Both the position numbers and the translations under genes were made by a program. DNA of 64,000 nucleotides, taken from assembly GCA_964016885.1 (NCBI GenBank), contig OZ024753.1:36580001-36644000 (forward strand), in the 5' to 3' direction. Origin of the DNA: Eledone cirrhosa (lineage: Eukaryota). Positions 26,231-38,673 of this stretch are shown piece by piece. The notes beneath the pieces were generated by a model. It made no database searches, was not told where the DNA came from, and saw nothing but the letters and a program-made list of their open reading frames with translations. Position 1 is the stretch's first letter. Every line of letters starts with the position of its first letter.

Positions 26231-26566
26231 CATATATATTATTATGTAATAAACAACATAAGGCAATTATTCCATTTACCAGTGGTTTCTTAAAAGCAAA
26301 AGGTTTTGCTTTCAATCCTCAGAATGAACAAATCCTGGTTTGTTTATTGAATTTGGATCTTAAAAAAAAAAAAAAAAAAAGATCCAAATTCAATAAACAA
26401 ACCAGGATTTGTTCATTCTGAGGATTGAAAGCAAAACCTTTTGCTTTTAAGAAACCACTGGTAAATGGAATAATTGCCTTATGTTGTTTATTACATAATA
26501 ATAATCAAGCTCTGTTGCTTACATAGAGCACTCTTTTTTCCTGGAGTTTTCCAACGGAATTACTTC

Positions 26567-26612
<46 letters not shown>

Positions 26613-29090
26613 GTATATGTATGTATTTATACACACTATGGTGATGTATTAACTAACCATTTAATCTATTATATATTTCAGAATGGAAATCAATGGAAGC
26701 TATACAAAATGGAACACGGTATTGAACCTAATCTAAAGTCAAATACTACACATATGAACACTTCAGAATCTAAAGAGAAGATTAAAATATCCATACCACT
26801 ATCTAATAAGGATTATCTCGAACCGTAAGTTATTTCAATCTCTCATTAATTGTAATTTTGTTTATCAATATATTATATAATATATATATTATATAATATA
26901 TATATCTATGAATCTTTACTTCCGATATTGTATTTCTAATCTACTTGGTTTTATTTTCTATTTCAGTTCCTCAACATCTTTGATTGATAAACTTTACTCT
27001 GGAAAGCAATGTTCTACCTGTGGTGAAAGGATGGACAACATTGGTAAAGTTCACATGGATGGACATTTTCGGAAAAATTCCTTTGCTAAGAGCAGAAAAT
27101 ATCCAATATATAGACCTTGGTATCAAGAAGAAGAATGTGACAATGGTGGTGGTAAGTTTGTTTGTGAAGAGATCATTTCACATTTTTATATATAGAAATT
27201 TCATACTCGATATTACATTCTTTAATTTTCTATCAGATTATCTTAATGTTTAATTAAAAGCTCTGTTGTAATATTTAGTTTTCTTTCCTGTTTTCTGTCT
27301 CATTTTGATCACTAATATGAATATGTGTCATGTGTTTGATTATTTTCAGAGAACATTTTCGAAGTTCAACTGAGAGAACATCAGAAGAAGAAACCAAAGA
27401 ATGTAAGACGTCCAAGACATCATTCTGGCAATGATGTAAGTATATTTATCTGTTCTACTTATATATATTGTTTTTAATGTTTGTTTACATGATGTAGATT
27501 TAACATATTACTATGATCTTAAATACATTATCAGATAAAATAATATCGGGTGCCATGTTATTATGACTTGAGGTATATAGATGCATATTGTATCTTTGGA
27601 TTTATTACAATTTAACCAATGCTTACATGAGATACGTAATCTCTGATATTATGAGGTTAACTATGTCATGTCTTCCTTATAAAGTTACATTACAGTATGT
27701 ACTGAGTGATTTTCTCGCGGTCTGGATGATTATTATCAATTACACCATCACAACCACCTTACAGTATGAACTGGGTGTTTTTGTATATATAATGATCATC
27801 TCTTATCCCGCCGATAAATGTCCTGCCTTGTTATTATGGCATTAGTCAGTATTTTCTTTATACTGTCAATGTAAATCTATCTATTCATGAACTGAAGTCA
27901 ACATGAAATATGAAACATATTCATAATGTATATATGTCTGGTATAATTTCTTCTATATATACACTCTTATTTCATCAGAACATCATCTGTATTGTATAAG
28001 AACCAGATATACATTGTTGTTGGAAGTGGGACCAACCAACTCCTACTTATAAATGTCCAGCTTATTTCTATTTATTAATTGAGAGCAACATAACAACAAC
28101 TTTAAGTTTATACACAAAGCTCATATAATTTCTACAACATATATATCTATATAATATAACAATCACAACTAACTTATTATTTTATATTCAACAGGCATGT
28201 TTGGTGTGTAAAGAAAAGTTTACTGAATTCTTCAATGATCAATATGGTGAATGGCAGTTGAAAGATGCCGTTGATATTGATAAGAAGGTAAGTCATCTTA
28301 ACTATTAATGATAATAATTTACATTATGAGGTCAAACCCAATTTGTTTTCCATTCTTTCAAGGGCAGATAAAATGTGTAATGGTGCATTCGTGAGCTTAA
28401 GATATTCATATATAAACTTAATTGTTTCACTTATTTAGAAATAGACTATAAATTAAAATAATTGTAATCCCTAGTCTGTTCTTTTTCTTAATTAACAATC
28501 AAAATATTTAAAACTGATGATTATAATTATAATTTGTATATTACAATTGTTAGAATCTAGTTATATCAATAGATATGACATACAGCAATGTATGTTATAT
28601 ATATGTTAGTAAATATATTTATGTTTTATTATTAAATATGCTATAAAGGGCGGTGGATTGGCAGTATAAGTAGAGAGTCGGACGCTATGCTTTCCAGCAT
28701 AGTTACGTCTCTTTACGGTCTGAGTTTAAATCCCGCCGAGGTTAACTTTGCCTTTCATCCTTACGGGGTCGATAAAATAAAGTACCAGTAATGTACTGGG
28801 TAATTGCTGGCCTTGTGCCTAAAGTAGAAATAATTATTAAATATGCTATATATGTCAATAGATGCTCAATGTGTGTTTTATTATATCGACATAAGTTACT
28901 TTATTTATTATTTTATATGAAATATATAAATGTTTGTGTATTACATATGGATATAAAATATCTGATTACTTACGGTATTTTATACAGTGTATTTTATATA
29001 TGTATGTAAGTATGTATTATCTAACATTATGTTATTTTTCTATTGCAGACTTATCATGAAATATGTGCTGATGATCGAGATTATATCTAA
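24127..29090 (+). CDS. PCF11-like: PCF11-like zinc-finger protein, paralog C (8 exons, about 692 aa)
   Basis: Exons 24127-25303, 25430-25554, 25694-25921, 26682-26824, 26967-27151, 27350-27435, 28195-28287, 29049-29090; exon 3-7 lengths (228/143/185/86/93) identical to gene B; in-frame TAA at 24109 upstream of the ATG; both zinc fingers intact. Confidence 0.88.
24400..25110 (+). repeat. 66-bp coding tandem repeat in gene C exon 1 (G(Y/D)TQQNTSQPKPLFQTPPTHT(K/N))
   Basis: About 7 homogeneous 22-aa units plus degenerate ends. Confidence 0.92.
26236..26503. repeat. Fold-back with about 125-bp arms around a poly-A loop, in intron 3 of gene C
   Basis: 26236-26360 is the reverse complement of 26379-26503; abuts (TA)n; contains CTGAGGATTGAAAGCAAAACCTTTTGCTT. 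Confidence 0.9.
28648..28838 (+). mobile_element. tRNA-derived SINE (octopus OK/OR-like), main family
   Basis: A box TGGCAGTAT..G, B box GAGTT(T/C)AAATCC, body CCGAGGTTAACTTTGCCTTTCATCCTTACGGGGTCGATAAAATAAAGTACCAG; more than 15 copies in the window. Confidence 0.85.
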
Positions 29091-31725
29091 CATTGACATG
29101 GTTGATAATTTATCGCATATTCTAATGTATCCAGCCAGGAGCCTCCTGTATCATTATATATTAGACCTGACATGTCCCTCCATTTTGAGTCAGGTTTGGC
29201 AGCTATTTCAGCATCTCAGGGATTTTGTATGAATTCAGCATCTCATGGAACTTTCATGATTGGACAGGTGAGTTGTGGAACCATAAAACATATCATGCTG
29301 GCTATATGTATTCAAATAGTAAAATGCCTTTATGGAACAAAAAATGTTTGATGCAGAATCCAAGTTCTGATCCTCTGCTGTATATCATGACAGTGGTAAA
29401 TTTTGACATTTTGAGCTGTTTTCTTCTTCAATGAGATTAAAGCCATGCAGTAATTTGTAGGTTATAATATTATATTTCAACAGAAGGACTTACATATTCA
29501 TAATTTTTACATATTCTTTGCTACTGATATATATATATATTTAGTAGAGTCAGGGCTTGACAGCTGAGCTCTTGCCATTTCAATAGCAAATCTTCTGATA
29601 TAATCCTGATGTATATATATTTGTGTAAATAATAATAAACATTTCAATACTATACATATGCATAACTTTATATAGATGAATTCCATTTTAATTTTATATA
29701 TCATTTTTTATATTATACTCTGTAAGAAAAACATTCCACCATATATATGTATTTATATATACATCATACAAAACTTTATAAAGATAAAGTATACATTTTT
29801 TTATACTCCATAGTGTAAATAAATTTACATCATTTATATATAACATCGGATGATTCCATATATTTTCACCTTTAAATAAATTTACACTTATATAACAAAT
29901 TATTTTTTAATTCTATACATATATAGAATTTTTTTATATATCGCTCTGTAAATAAATTTACACTTATGTGATAAAATACAGACATTTTAATAATGTACAC
30001 AAACTATATTTTTATATATATATATTTTATATTTCATCTGGTAAATAAATTTACATAATATGCAAATAACAACAAGCAATTCAATGCCCTCTCCCTCTTT
30101 CGAGAGATATCAAAATATATTTTTAACTTCTTATACATGTAAATACATTCAAATTCCATTTATATATTATCTTTTATATTTCACCCAGTATCAAATTTGA
30201 AAATACTATATGTATATATATATATATATAGAGAGAGAGAGGGGATAAATTCTATTTATTTTCCATACTTCACCCTGTAAATAAATTTACATCATTGTAA
30301 ATACCATCAGACAATTCAATACTATATTCTCATATATAAATCTGTGTGTGTATGTACATTAAATATTTGTATAGGTAAATTATATTTTTTGTATTTTCAT
30401 TTTCATATTTCATCCTGTAAATAAAACATTCCAATACTCTATATTTAGATACAAAACTGTATATACATAGTTTATTTTTGAATATATACATATATATATT
30501 TCATCCTATGTAAACAGTAACAGACAATTCAATGCTGTCTCTCTTTCTTATGTATATTTTTTTACCACTATATATATATGTATCTTTCTCGAGAGAGACA
30601 GAGAAAGATATATATATATATCTTTTTTTTTATTTTTACACATCTAAATAAATTTTTCATAAATATTTTTATCTTGTCTAATGTCAATTATTCCAATGCT
30701 ATGGCATATATACAAATATGTATAGATATTATATTTTTTCATTATTACTTTTTGTATTTTTATATGTAAATAAAACTTTATTTTATAATAATAAATCTTT
30801 CTATCTTTATTTGGCTTCATGTGTTTATATATCAAGTATTTCAGTTATCAACATATCCTTCCTATCAAAAACAATAGTATTAAGTTTTAGGGAGTACTTT
30901 ATCAGCTTAGATATATAAAATATCATACAGTACATTAAATGTTACCTCATACTGTTAGATGTGATTTATTATACTAACCGCCTTTGTTGCCATATTTCTA
31001 GTGAAATACAATGTATTCGATTGGATTAATGGAGAATTTCTAGGGACTTACTTAAATGATTAAGATGTTCTTTGTGGCATAACTTAACAATAGATTCTTA
31101 TAATAAATTATATCAGAAGACATTTATATAAATAGAACCCTTTAAAAGTAAGGCTTGTGTTCCATAGAACCAGAAGTAGACTACTATAATTATCAGTGTT
31201 TTATCACAGTGTTTCAAAAATGCAGAATTGCTTTTTAACTAAACCTAATTTATTCGGTATGATGAAAATATATTGGTTCATCATATTTTAACAGTATTAT
31301 ATTCATAATCATTATCCCCTGTGTATGAACCAACAAGTGAGACTGTACTTGTTTATACCAGCTAAATTTCCCTCCTGACTGCCTTAAAATATAGAGTGAA
31401 ACACTGGATAAGTATACTAGCCCTGATGCAAAGATAGAATGTTAACAAAAGAAATGTCTTTAATCATAGTTTTGTTGAACAGGACTGAAAGAAAAACAAT
31501 AACACTCCATGTGCTAAGACAGACATACATATATAACATTAATATCTTAAAAATTAATCTATAGGGGCGAGTAAACCAATTATGACTTTGATACAATAAT
31601 GTGCAGGTACTTAAACCACACTAACATATTATAACTATCTGTTATTAACATATAACTACTCTAATAAAAGTCTGTTAGAGTACTGGAACATATCTTATGA
31701 TATTATAGTCATGAAAATTGCCATT

Positions 31726-31843
31726 CAGAGTTTAAATCCCGCCGAGGTTAACTTTGCCTTTCATCCTTACGGGGTCGATAAAATAAAGTACCAGTAATGC
31801 ACTGGGTAATTACTGGCCTTGTGCCAAAAGTAGAAACAATTAT
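31726..31843 (+). mobile_element. Main-family SINE, 5'-truncated
   Basis: Matches the SINE body and tail. Confidence 0.8.
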
Positions 31844-32393
31844 AGTCATGAAAATTATTTTTAGGGTAGTGTAAAATAACTTTGTTTTTATAATAATTTT
31901 GAGAAAATAGCATTTGAGTAGTTAGATCCAACTAATTATTATAGTCTATATAGTCACTTAACAGTATCTATAGATAAGTCACAATATCCTCATTGGGAAG
32001 GTGGTACAATGTGAAAAGGAAATTTAATGGTGGAACTAGTGTAGTGTTATGTAAGAATAACAAAACAAGTCAATAATTTTTATTCTATATTTCATATTTT
32101 GATATTAGCTCCTCAAATAAAGAAAAGTCAAGTGTATTTTCTTCTTAAGAGATATTGTGTGACTGATCATTGGTGGAAATAAGTAGTTGGAAATGTGACT
32201 TGTGTAGACCAGTCACAATATTATGAAATATAGGATAGAAATTCTTGTTTTGTCAATTTCACGTTACTCTAATCTAGTGGCAGAGATTCAGCATTCGTGG
32301 CCCCTGGACCATATCCATGCTCACTGCCATTAAGGTGGTGTTAGATTAGGTAGCAAACTAACATTTTAAGGTAACTTTCCCTGCTATAGCAGA

Positions 32394-32710
32394 GGTTTCA
32401 TACTAATTAGATTGTCCTTTAATCGCTTCTTACAACATACAGAGATACAATGTACTTATTTTAAACTGGGTACACACACTGGTTATATTAGAGTGTCCTT
32501 TAGTCACTTCTTACAACACACAAAGATACGGGGTAGATATTTTAAAATGGGTACACCCATCGGTTCTATTAGAGTGTCTGTTTAGTCACTTCTCACAACA
32601 TACAGGGACACGGTGTACCTATTTTAAACTGGGTACACACATTGGTTATATCAGAGAGTCTGTTTAGTCAATTCTTACTACACACAGAAATATGGTGTAC
32701 CTATTTAAAC
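32394..32710. repeat. Degenerate tandem repeat of about 81-82 bp, about 4 copies
   Basis: GGTT.TATTAGAGTGTC.TTTAGTCACTTCTTACAACA.ACA...TTTTAAACTGGGTACAC recurs at 32481, 32562 and 32644. Confidence 0.8.
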
Positions 32711-34045
32711 CCGGCCAGAATTCTCTCACCCCTTTCTGTTCATACTTATGTTAAGGTATTGTTCTCAAAATAAATAATATCAAAATCTCACATTCGATAT
32801 TATATAAGGTAAAACCTTTATCAAATACAATAGAGTAAAGTAAAAGCTAAAGGGTTAAACTGGTTATATTACATTAGATTAATTACTGTATTATAACAGT
32901 AATTTATCAGTGGGGTTATACTAGGTGCTGAGGGTTAATTTAGTCTAACAGCAGGTAGATGAGCCTCACAATCCAAATAATTCTATATTTATTAGTGGTT
33001 AAGATATGTTGAAAAATCATAACTACTTTGTTAGGGTGGTTATAATAAATTAGAATTTTGAGGCTAGTTTGTGTCATCTTTAGGGACTGAATATTATTTC
33101 TTTACAGAAGTATATTTAGTATATATAGCTTGGCAAATTGGATAGAATGCTTTGCGATACTTGTTCCAGCTTTCTGTGTTCTCTCACTTCAAATCCAGCT
33201 GAGATCTACTTTGCTTTTCAGGTTAATAAAAAAAGATCATTTCAGTACTGGGGTTGATTCCTCCTTTATATCTCTTTTTCTCTTCCCCTCTCCTTCTCTG
33301 ATGAGGGGATGAACTTCATGCATACATTAATCATTTATCTCAGCTGTTTAATACACAATTCAATATCTAAGCTGGTTATCTTACATTAAATAAGTGATAT
33401 TATAGAAGCTAATATAAAGAGTGGTGTGCTCATGTATAGAAATGCTATATAATAGGGTGAAGACCCCTAAAAATGGAAGAAGAAGTTACCATCAGCTGCT
33501 ATGAAGAATCGAATCCAAGCAATATATTTTCAGTATGGTTATATATCAATATGTTAGACTCCTTGTTATTCACCCAAGTTCTGGCTCTTAGCAGAGATGT
33601 ATGGAATGAGGTGGTATAATGCTCCCCTCTTACCAATGCCCTATTTCATGACAAGCCATGTCCTAGTTTATGGCAGAGATGGATGGAGGGAGGGGTGGTA
33701 CATTGTTCTGGCCTACAGTGACCCTTTGACCTTACAGTGACATGCTGAAAATGAAGTGAAGTGTTGTTAGATTAACTCTGTACATTCATTCCAGGTTTTG
33801 AAATAGATGGCCATATCGCTGTATGCCTCTAAGTGACTTAGAGGTTTGATGGCAGGTAAGTTATATGTCTGAAACAGACAGCCTGGAAGGGAATCATGGT
33901 GAGACTGTTATAAAATCAACAATATTCTTTGCTTCATCAGGGAAACTATCCTTAAGACATTTGTTGTTCTAGTTGTTTGCTATAATATGATAGCTGGCTT
34001 ATTATTTGCCTATTATAATCTCTCAAACATTATATATAATATCAT

Positions 34046-34845
34046 GGTGGTGGATTGGCAATATTGGTAGAGTGTCGGATTAAATATCATTGTGGGATTT
34101 GTTCTAAATTCAAATCCCACCAAGTTCAACTTTGCCTTTCATCCTTCCGAGATTGATAAAATAAAGTACCAGTAAGATACTGGAGTGAATTTATCAGCTT
34201 TGTCCTTCCCCTTTGCTCGTCTTGTATCTTAATTCATCATCATCATCATCGTTTAACATCTATCTTCCACTCTAGCATGGGTTAGACGGGAATTGTCCCA
34301 CTTGAGGCAAGGTTGGTCGGGTGACCGTGTCTCGCTTGTATAGGACTATCTGGCAGGTTTTCTATGGCTGGATGCCCTTCCTAACACCAACCACATTTAT
34401 AAAGAAATATTCTGATTGCCAGAATTAGTAAAACATCAGATAAAATGCCATTGCATTATTTCTTCTGGCTCTTTACATTCTGAGTTCAAATCCCTCCGGG
34501 ATCAACTTTTTATCCTTACGAGGTTGATAAAATAAAGTACCAGTCAAGAACTGGAGTTGATTTAATTAAATCTGCCTTTCCCCAAAATTTGCTAGCCTTG
34601 TATCTAAATTAGAAATCAATATTATATTTAACCTCAGTGAGGTGGATTGGCAGTATTGGTTGGACAACATGCTTTAGGGCATAGGGTTATGCTTCTTTAC
34701 GATCTGATTTCAAATTCTGCTGAGGCTAGCTTTGCCTTTCATCCTTCCGGGGTCAATAAAATAAAGTACCAGTCAAGAACTGGGGTTGATTCAATCAACT
34801 ATGCCCTTCCCCTTACTTTGCTGGCCTTGTATCTAAATTAGAAAC
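34046..34845 (+). mobile_element. Cluster of three diverged main-family SINE copies
   Basis: TTCAAAT(C/T)C...GATAAAATAAAGTACCAG bodies at about 34046-34230, 34415-34625 and 34639-34845. Confidence 0.75.
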
Positions 34846-35184
34846 CTATATTAAATATAACTTCTCTGATAAAATGTTGCTACTGTATTCTAAATTACTT
34901 ATCATAATCACCATCCTTTTTATATCCATTATTCCATGACTGTAAGTATTAGAGGAATCTCTTCCAGTGCAGCTTTCCTTCTGCTTGTTGTATTCTTTCA
35001 TTGTTTCTAATCTGATTTTGGAATCAGTTTTCACCATATCTGTCCAGGTTTTCCTCAGTTTTCCTGTACTGCAGCTTCCTTCCAGCAGGTCCTGTCAGAA
35101 GCAACCATCTTCAACTGATCTGGTTAGATCCCCAAGTGAGACTAGCCAAGCTCATTGATGTTATCCAACCATCTTGAATAAGGT

Positions 35185-35229
<45 letters not shown>

Positions 35230-35592
35230 ATGATGGTGGGGCATTATTATTATTATTAGTAGTTGCTTTATTTCACGTTGATTCCCATCATCGAGTTAGG
35301 GCCCCGATTATTAAAATATTCAAGGAACCTCATATGAGATGCAACCTTGTAGAGGGCCAGCTACACCAGCAAAGGTGTAAGGTGTAAACTTCAATTTCAA
35401 AATTCACATAATAAAACTGATTATTTATATTCCAATTTTAAAATATATTTTCAAATAAGGTTTTGGCTTTGAAACGTGGTGTCGTAGTTGGAGCGAAGCG
35501 TATGGACATAATTTACAGATGGTTTTATGTTCGTTTAATTTTAAGTTTAATTTAAAATAATTTTCGAAGTCATCCATAAACATTTAATTTGG

Positions 35593-35690
35593 GGTGACAC
35601 GTCACCTCTCTACCGTTAGAAATTCACAACTGGTCACATGTCATTAATCTAGCTTCTGATTGGACGATAGGTTTGCGCGCTTATTTTAAT
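35593..35690 (+). promoter_or_regulatory. Gene D promoter module (CACGTCA, inverted CCAAT, E2F-like, CHR-like)
   Basis: GACACGTCAC ... CTGATTGGACGATAGGTTTGCGCGCTTATTTTAAT. Confidence 0.65.
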
Positions 35691-35918
35691 TTTTCAATTC
35701 ACCACGTTGCCCATTGTTCCACGGGTCACTAAAGTAAACCGAGTGATTTTAGTTTCTTAGGCTACAGATATTTTAAGCGATCGTTAAGGGTGTTCCAGTA
35801 TTGATATTTGGAGGCGTATTTTAACACGGGCAGTATTTGTTGTTGGTTACTTATATATTTACTGTTTAGAGTTTACCCTGTATTATCACATCTGTTGTAT
35901 TCAGTGATCAGCATAAAG

Positions 35919-37376
35919 ATGAACAGAAATAACAGCAAATACGTTTGGTGTCGGGAAGGAATTGCATATCCTAAACAAAATCAAGTATCGAACACAAGTA
36001 CCTACATAAATAAGGTACACAAAAATAATTATCACAGAAATAGTCATAGGCAACCGTACGGTTTTCCACCTGTGTATCAAAACACCTGGAGAAAAAATTA
36101 CCAACACCAGAACTTCAATCAATCGTATACTCCACAGTTTCGTAACCAACATTGTAAACCACAGTCGTATAGAAATCCTTATAAACTGCAAAATACACCA
36201 CAGCCATGGCTTCTATCCCAACCAGCAACCACGTGTATGAATCGTTATAAACTACAAAATACACAGCAATCGAGTCCTTTATCGCAACCAACAACCACGT
36301 GTACAAATCGTTATAAACTACAAAATACACAGCAATCGAGTCCTTTATCGCAACCAACAACCACGTGTACAAATCGTTATAAACTACAAAATACACAGCA
36401 ATCGAGTCCTTTATCGCAACCAACAACCACGTGTACAAATCGTTATAAACTACAAAATACACAGCAATCGAGTCCTTTATCGCAACCAACAACCACATGT
36501 ACGAATGGTTATAAACTACAAAATACTCCACAGCCACGGCCTCTCTCACAACCAACACCCTCAAGTGCAAATCAAGCAGCCCAATCTACAGTAGATACTA
36601 TAGATACAAATGGACCAAGTACGTCTAGCAACGAGACATCTTTTAATGTAAACAACCAGAATCTAACATCTTTTGATCAGCCAGATGAAATCCTACAGGA
36701 TCCAATTGTAACTTCGAATGGTATGTACTAATTATTCGTCTTTAAATGCTTAAAATTCATAATAACAAAAGTTATTATTTTGTTAAACATCGAACATTAT
36801 TTTTATACAATTATATCAACGATTTTTTTTTTTTTTTTGTTTTTTTGTTTCCGTGAACATTACAGAATCTTACGACAACATCGACGAAGGTGGACACCGA
36901 ACACAGAAACAAATCATACAAGACACAGAATCTGATAATAGTGATGATCTGAATGATGTCGAGGTAAGATCTTTTCTTTTTTAGTGTGTTAATTATTTTT
37001 ATTATTGAAATTATATTTGGTGTTTTCTTATTAAAATATTTGGGGGTTAGCATTTTTAGGACGATCATAATTAGAAAATTAGCAAAAAAAAAACCCCCCA
37101 AAAAACAGAAATCAGAGAGTTATCAATTAAAATAGTGAATATACCAGTCCTGTGAACTGTGAAAATAGGTATAGCTTTCATTATGTAAAATCTTCCCCTT
37201 TTGCTGGTCTGATATACAGTGTAAATATATGAGTTGAAAATTAAACTATTACCTTTTAAATTTTAGACAAAATTATTATTATTATTTTTTAATTAAATAT
37301 ATTTCCCATTATTTTCGAAAATAATAATTAAAAAAACAGTAACAAGTTGGGTGGAGCTTGTCAAATCGGCCGAGGA

Positions 37377-37416
<40 letters not shown>

Positions 37417-37483
37417 ATGCTTTGGGAGGGTCATGTTGCCAATAAGAAACACACGCACCAGTTGCTTTCACTAATTCAGAAAC

Positions 37484-37524
<41 letters not shown>

Positions 37525-38022
37525 GTATGTGTGTTTGTTGTTTACCGACACTTCAGTATGCAGGTGAGTTTGTTTACTCCGGAGTAATGTAAAAACAAGA
37601 AGTGTATGTCTACAGGTTAAAAATATTAGAATAAGAATAAACGAAGCCAATTTTAATCTCTTGTTTATATAGATCCAGCGATTCTTTGCTTAAACTTTAA
37701 TCTGTTATTTTAATAAATATTTGCTCTACGGTTGTTTATATATATTTATATATATATACATAATCCTTATCGCGCCTTCTTCGGATTTTAGTCTTCACAT
37801 TTATTATTATTACTATATATATATACCTGGATAAAATCCTTCTCTTAATGCTTACCTGTGTTTTCTCTTTTATATATATATATATATAGAATAAGGAAAT
37901 ACAAAGTAGTTGAGTTCTCGAATTGAATTACATCAATGTTTACCGTATATATAATCAATTTCTCATTCTTTTATATTTTTCAGATCAATTATGAAATATT
38001 TTTTGCCGATTGGGGTATCTAA
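35919..38022 (+). pseudogene. PCF11-like paralog D: repeat domain retained, zinc-finger exons lost (truncated gene or pseudogene)
   Basis: Exon 1 35919-36720 and exon 2 36866-36963 are open; the exon-3 homolog from 37060 reads DDHN*; no C2H2 or CxxC exons found; terminal-exon homolog 37984-38022 INYEIFFADWGI* (His to Tyr, Cys to Phe). Confidence 0.7.
36170..36560 (+). repeat. 66-bp coding tandem repeat in gene D (RYKLQNTQQSSPLSQPTTTCTN)
   Basis: Four essentially identical 22-aa units plus two diverged units. Confidence 0.92.
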
Positions 38023-38565
38023 TGAGATATAATTTGACCAACGAAGCAACAATTAGTATTCTATATCACCAATCATTAGCTTTCTCTGATTCCGATTCAT
38101 CTCAAATTTTTTTTTTTTTTGTGTGTGTTTTTTTAGAATTGTGCCGATATATTAGTCAATCAAATTTCAACATGGATTTTCACATTTTATTCCGTGTTTA
38201 CACAATTTCATGTCTTCTGGGACATTCTTCATGTGAACGTTAACATCGCCAACTTATCTTGCTCAATATTAATATAACGACGATATCTAATTAAAGGGAT
38301 TTAAGCCGGCCGTATCCGGCCAGAATTCTTTCACTTCTTTCGGTCCAAACTGGCTGTAACTGGTCAAGGTATTGTTCTCAAAATGAATATTAAAATCTCA
38401 TCGATTCAATATTATGTGAGATAATTACCCTGAAAGTAATTACCCTAATAGTAATTATAGAATAATGTAAATACTAAAGGGTTAATATGTTAAGCATTTT
38501 CATATTTTACAATTAGAACTGTTATTTTTATATCATACATAAGTCAAAAGGAGATTACCTATAAA

Positions 38566-38673
38566 ATAATTGTTTCTAATTTAGGCACAAGGCCAGCAAA
38601 TACCCAGTGCATTACTGGTACTTTATTTTATCTACCCTGTAAGGATGAAAGGCAAAGTCAACCTCGGCGGGAT
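38566..38673 (-). mobile_element. Main-family SINE, partial
   Basis: Reverse complement of the SINE body and tail. Confidence 0.8.
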
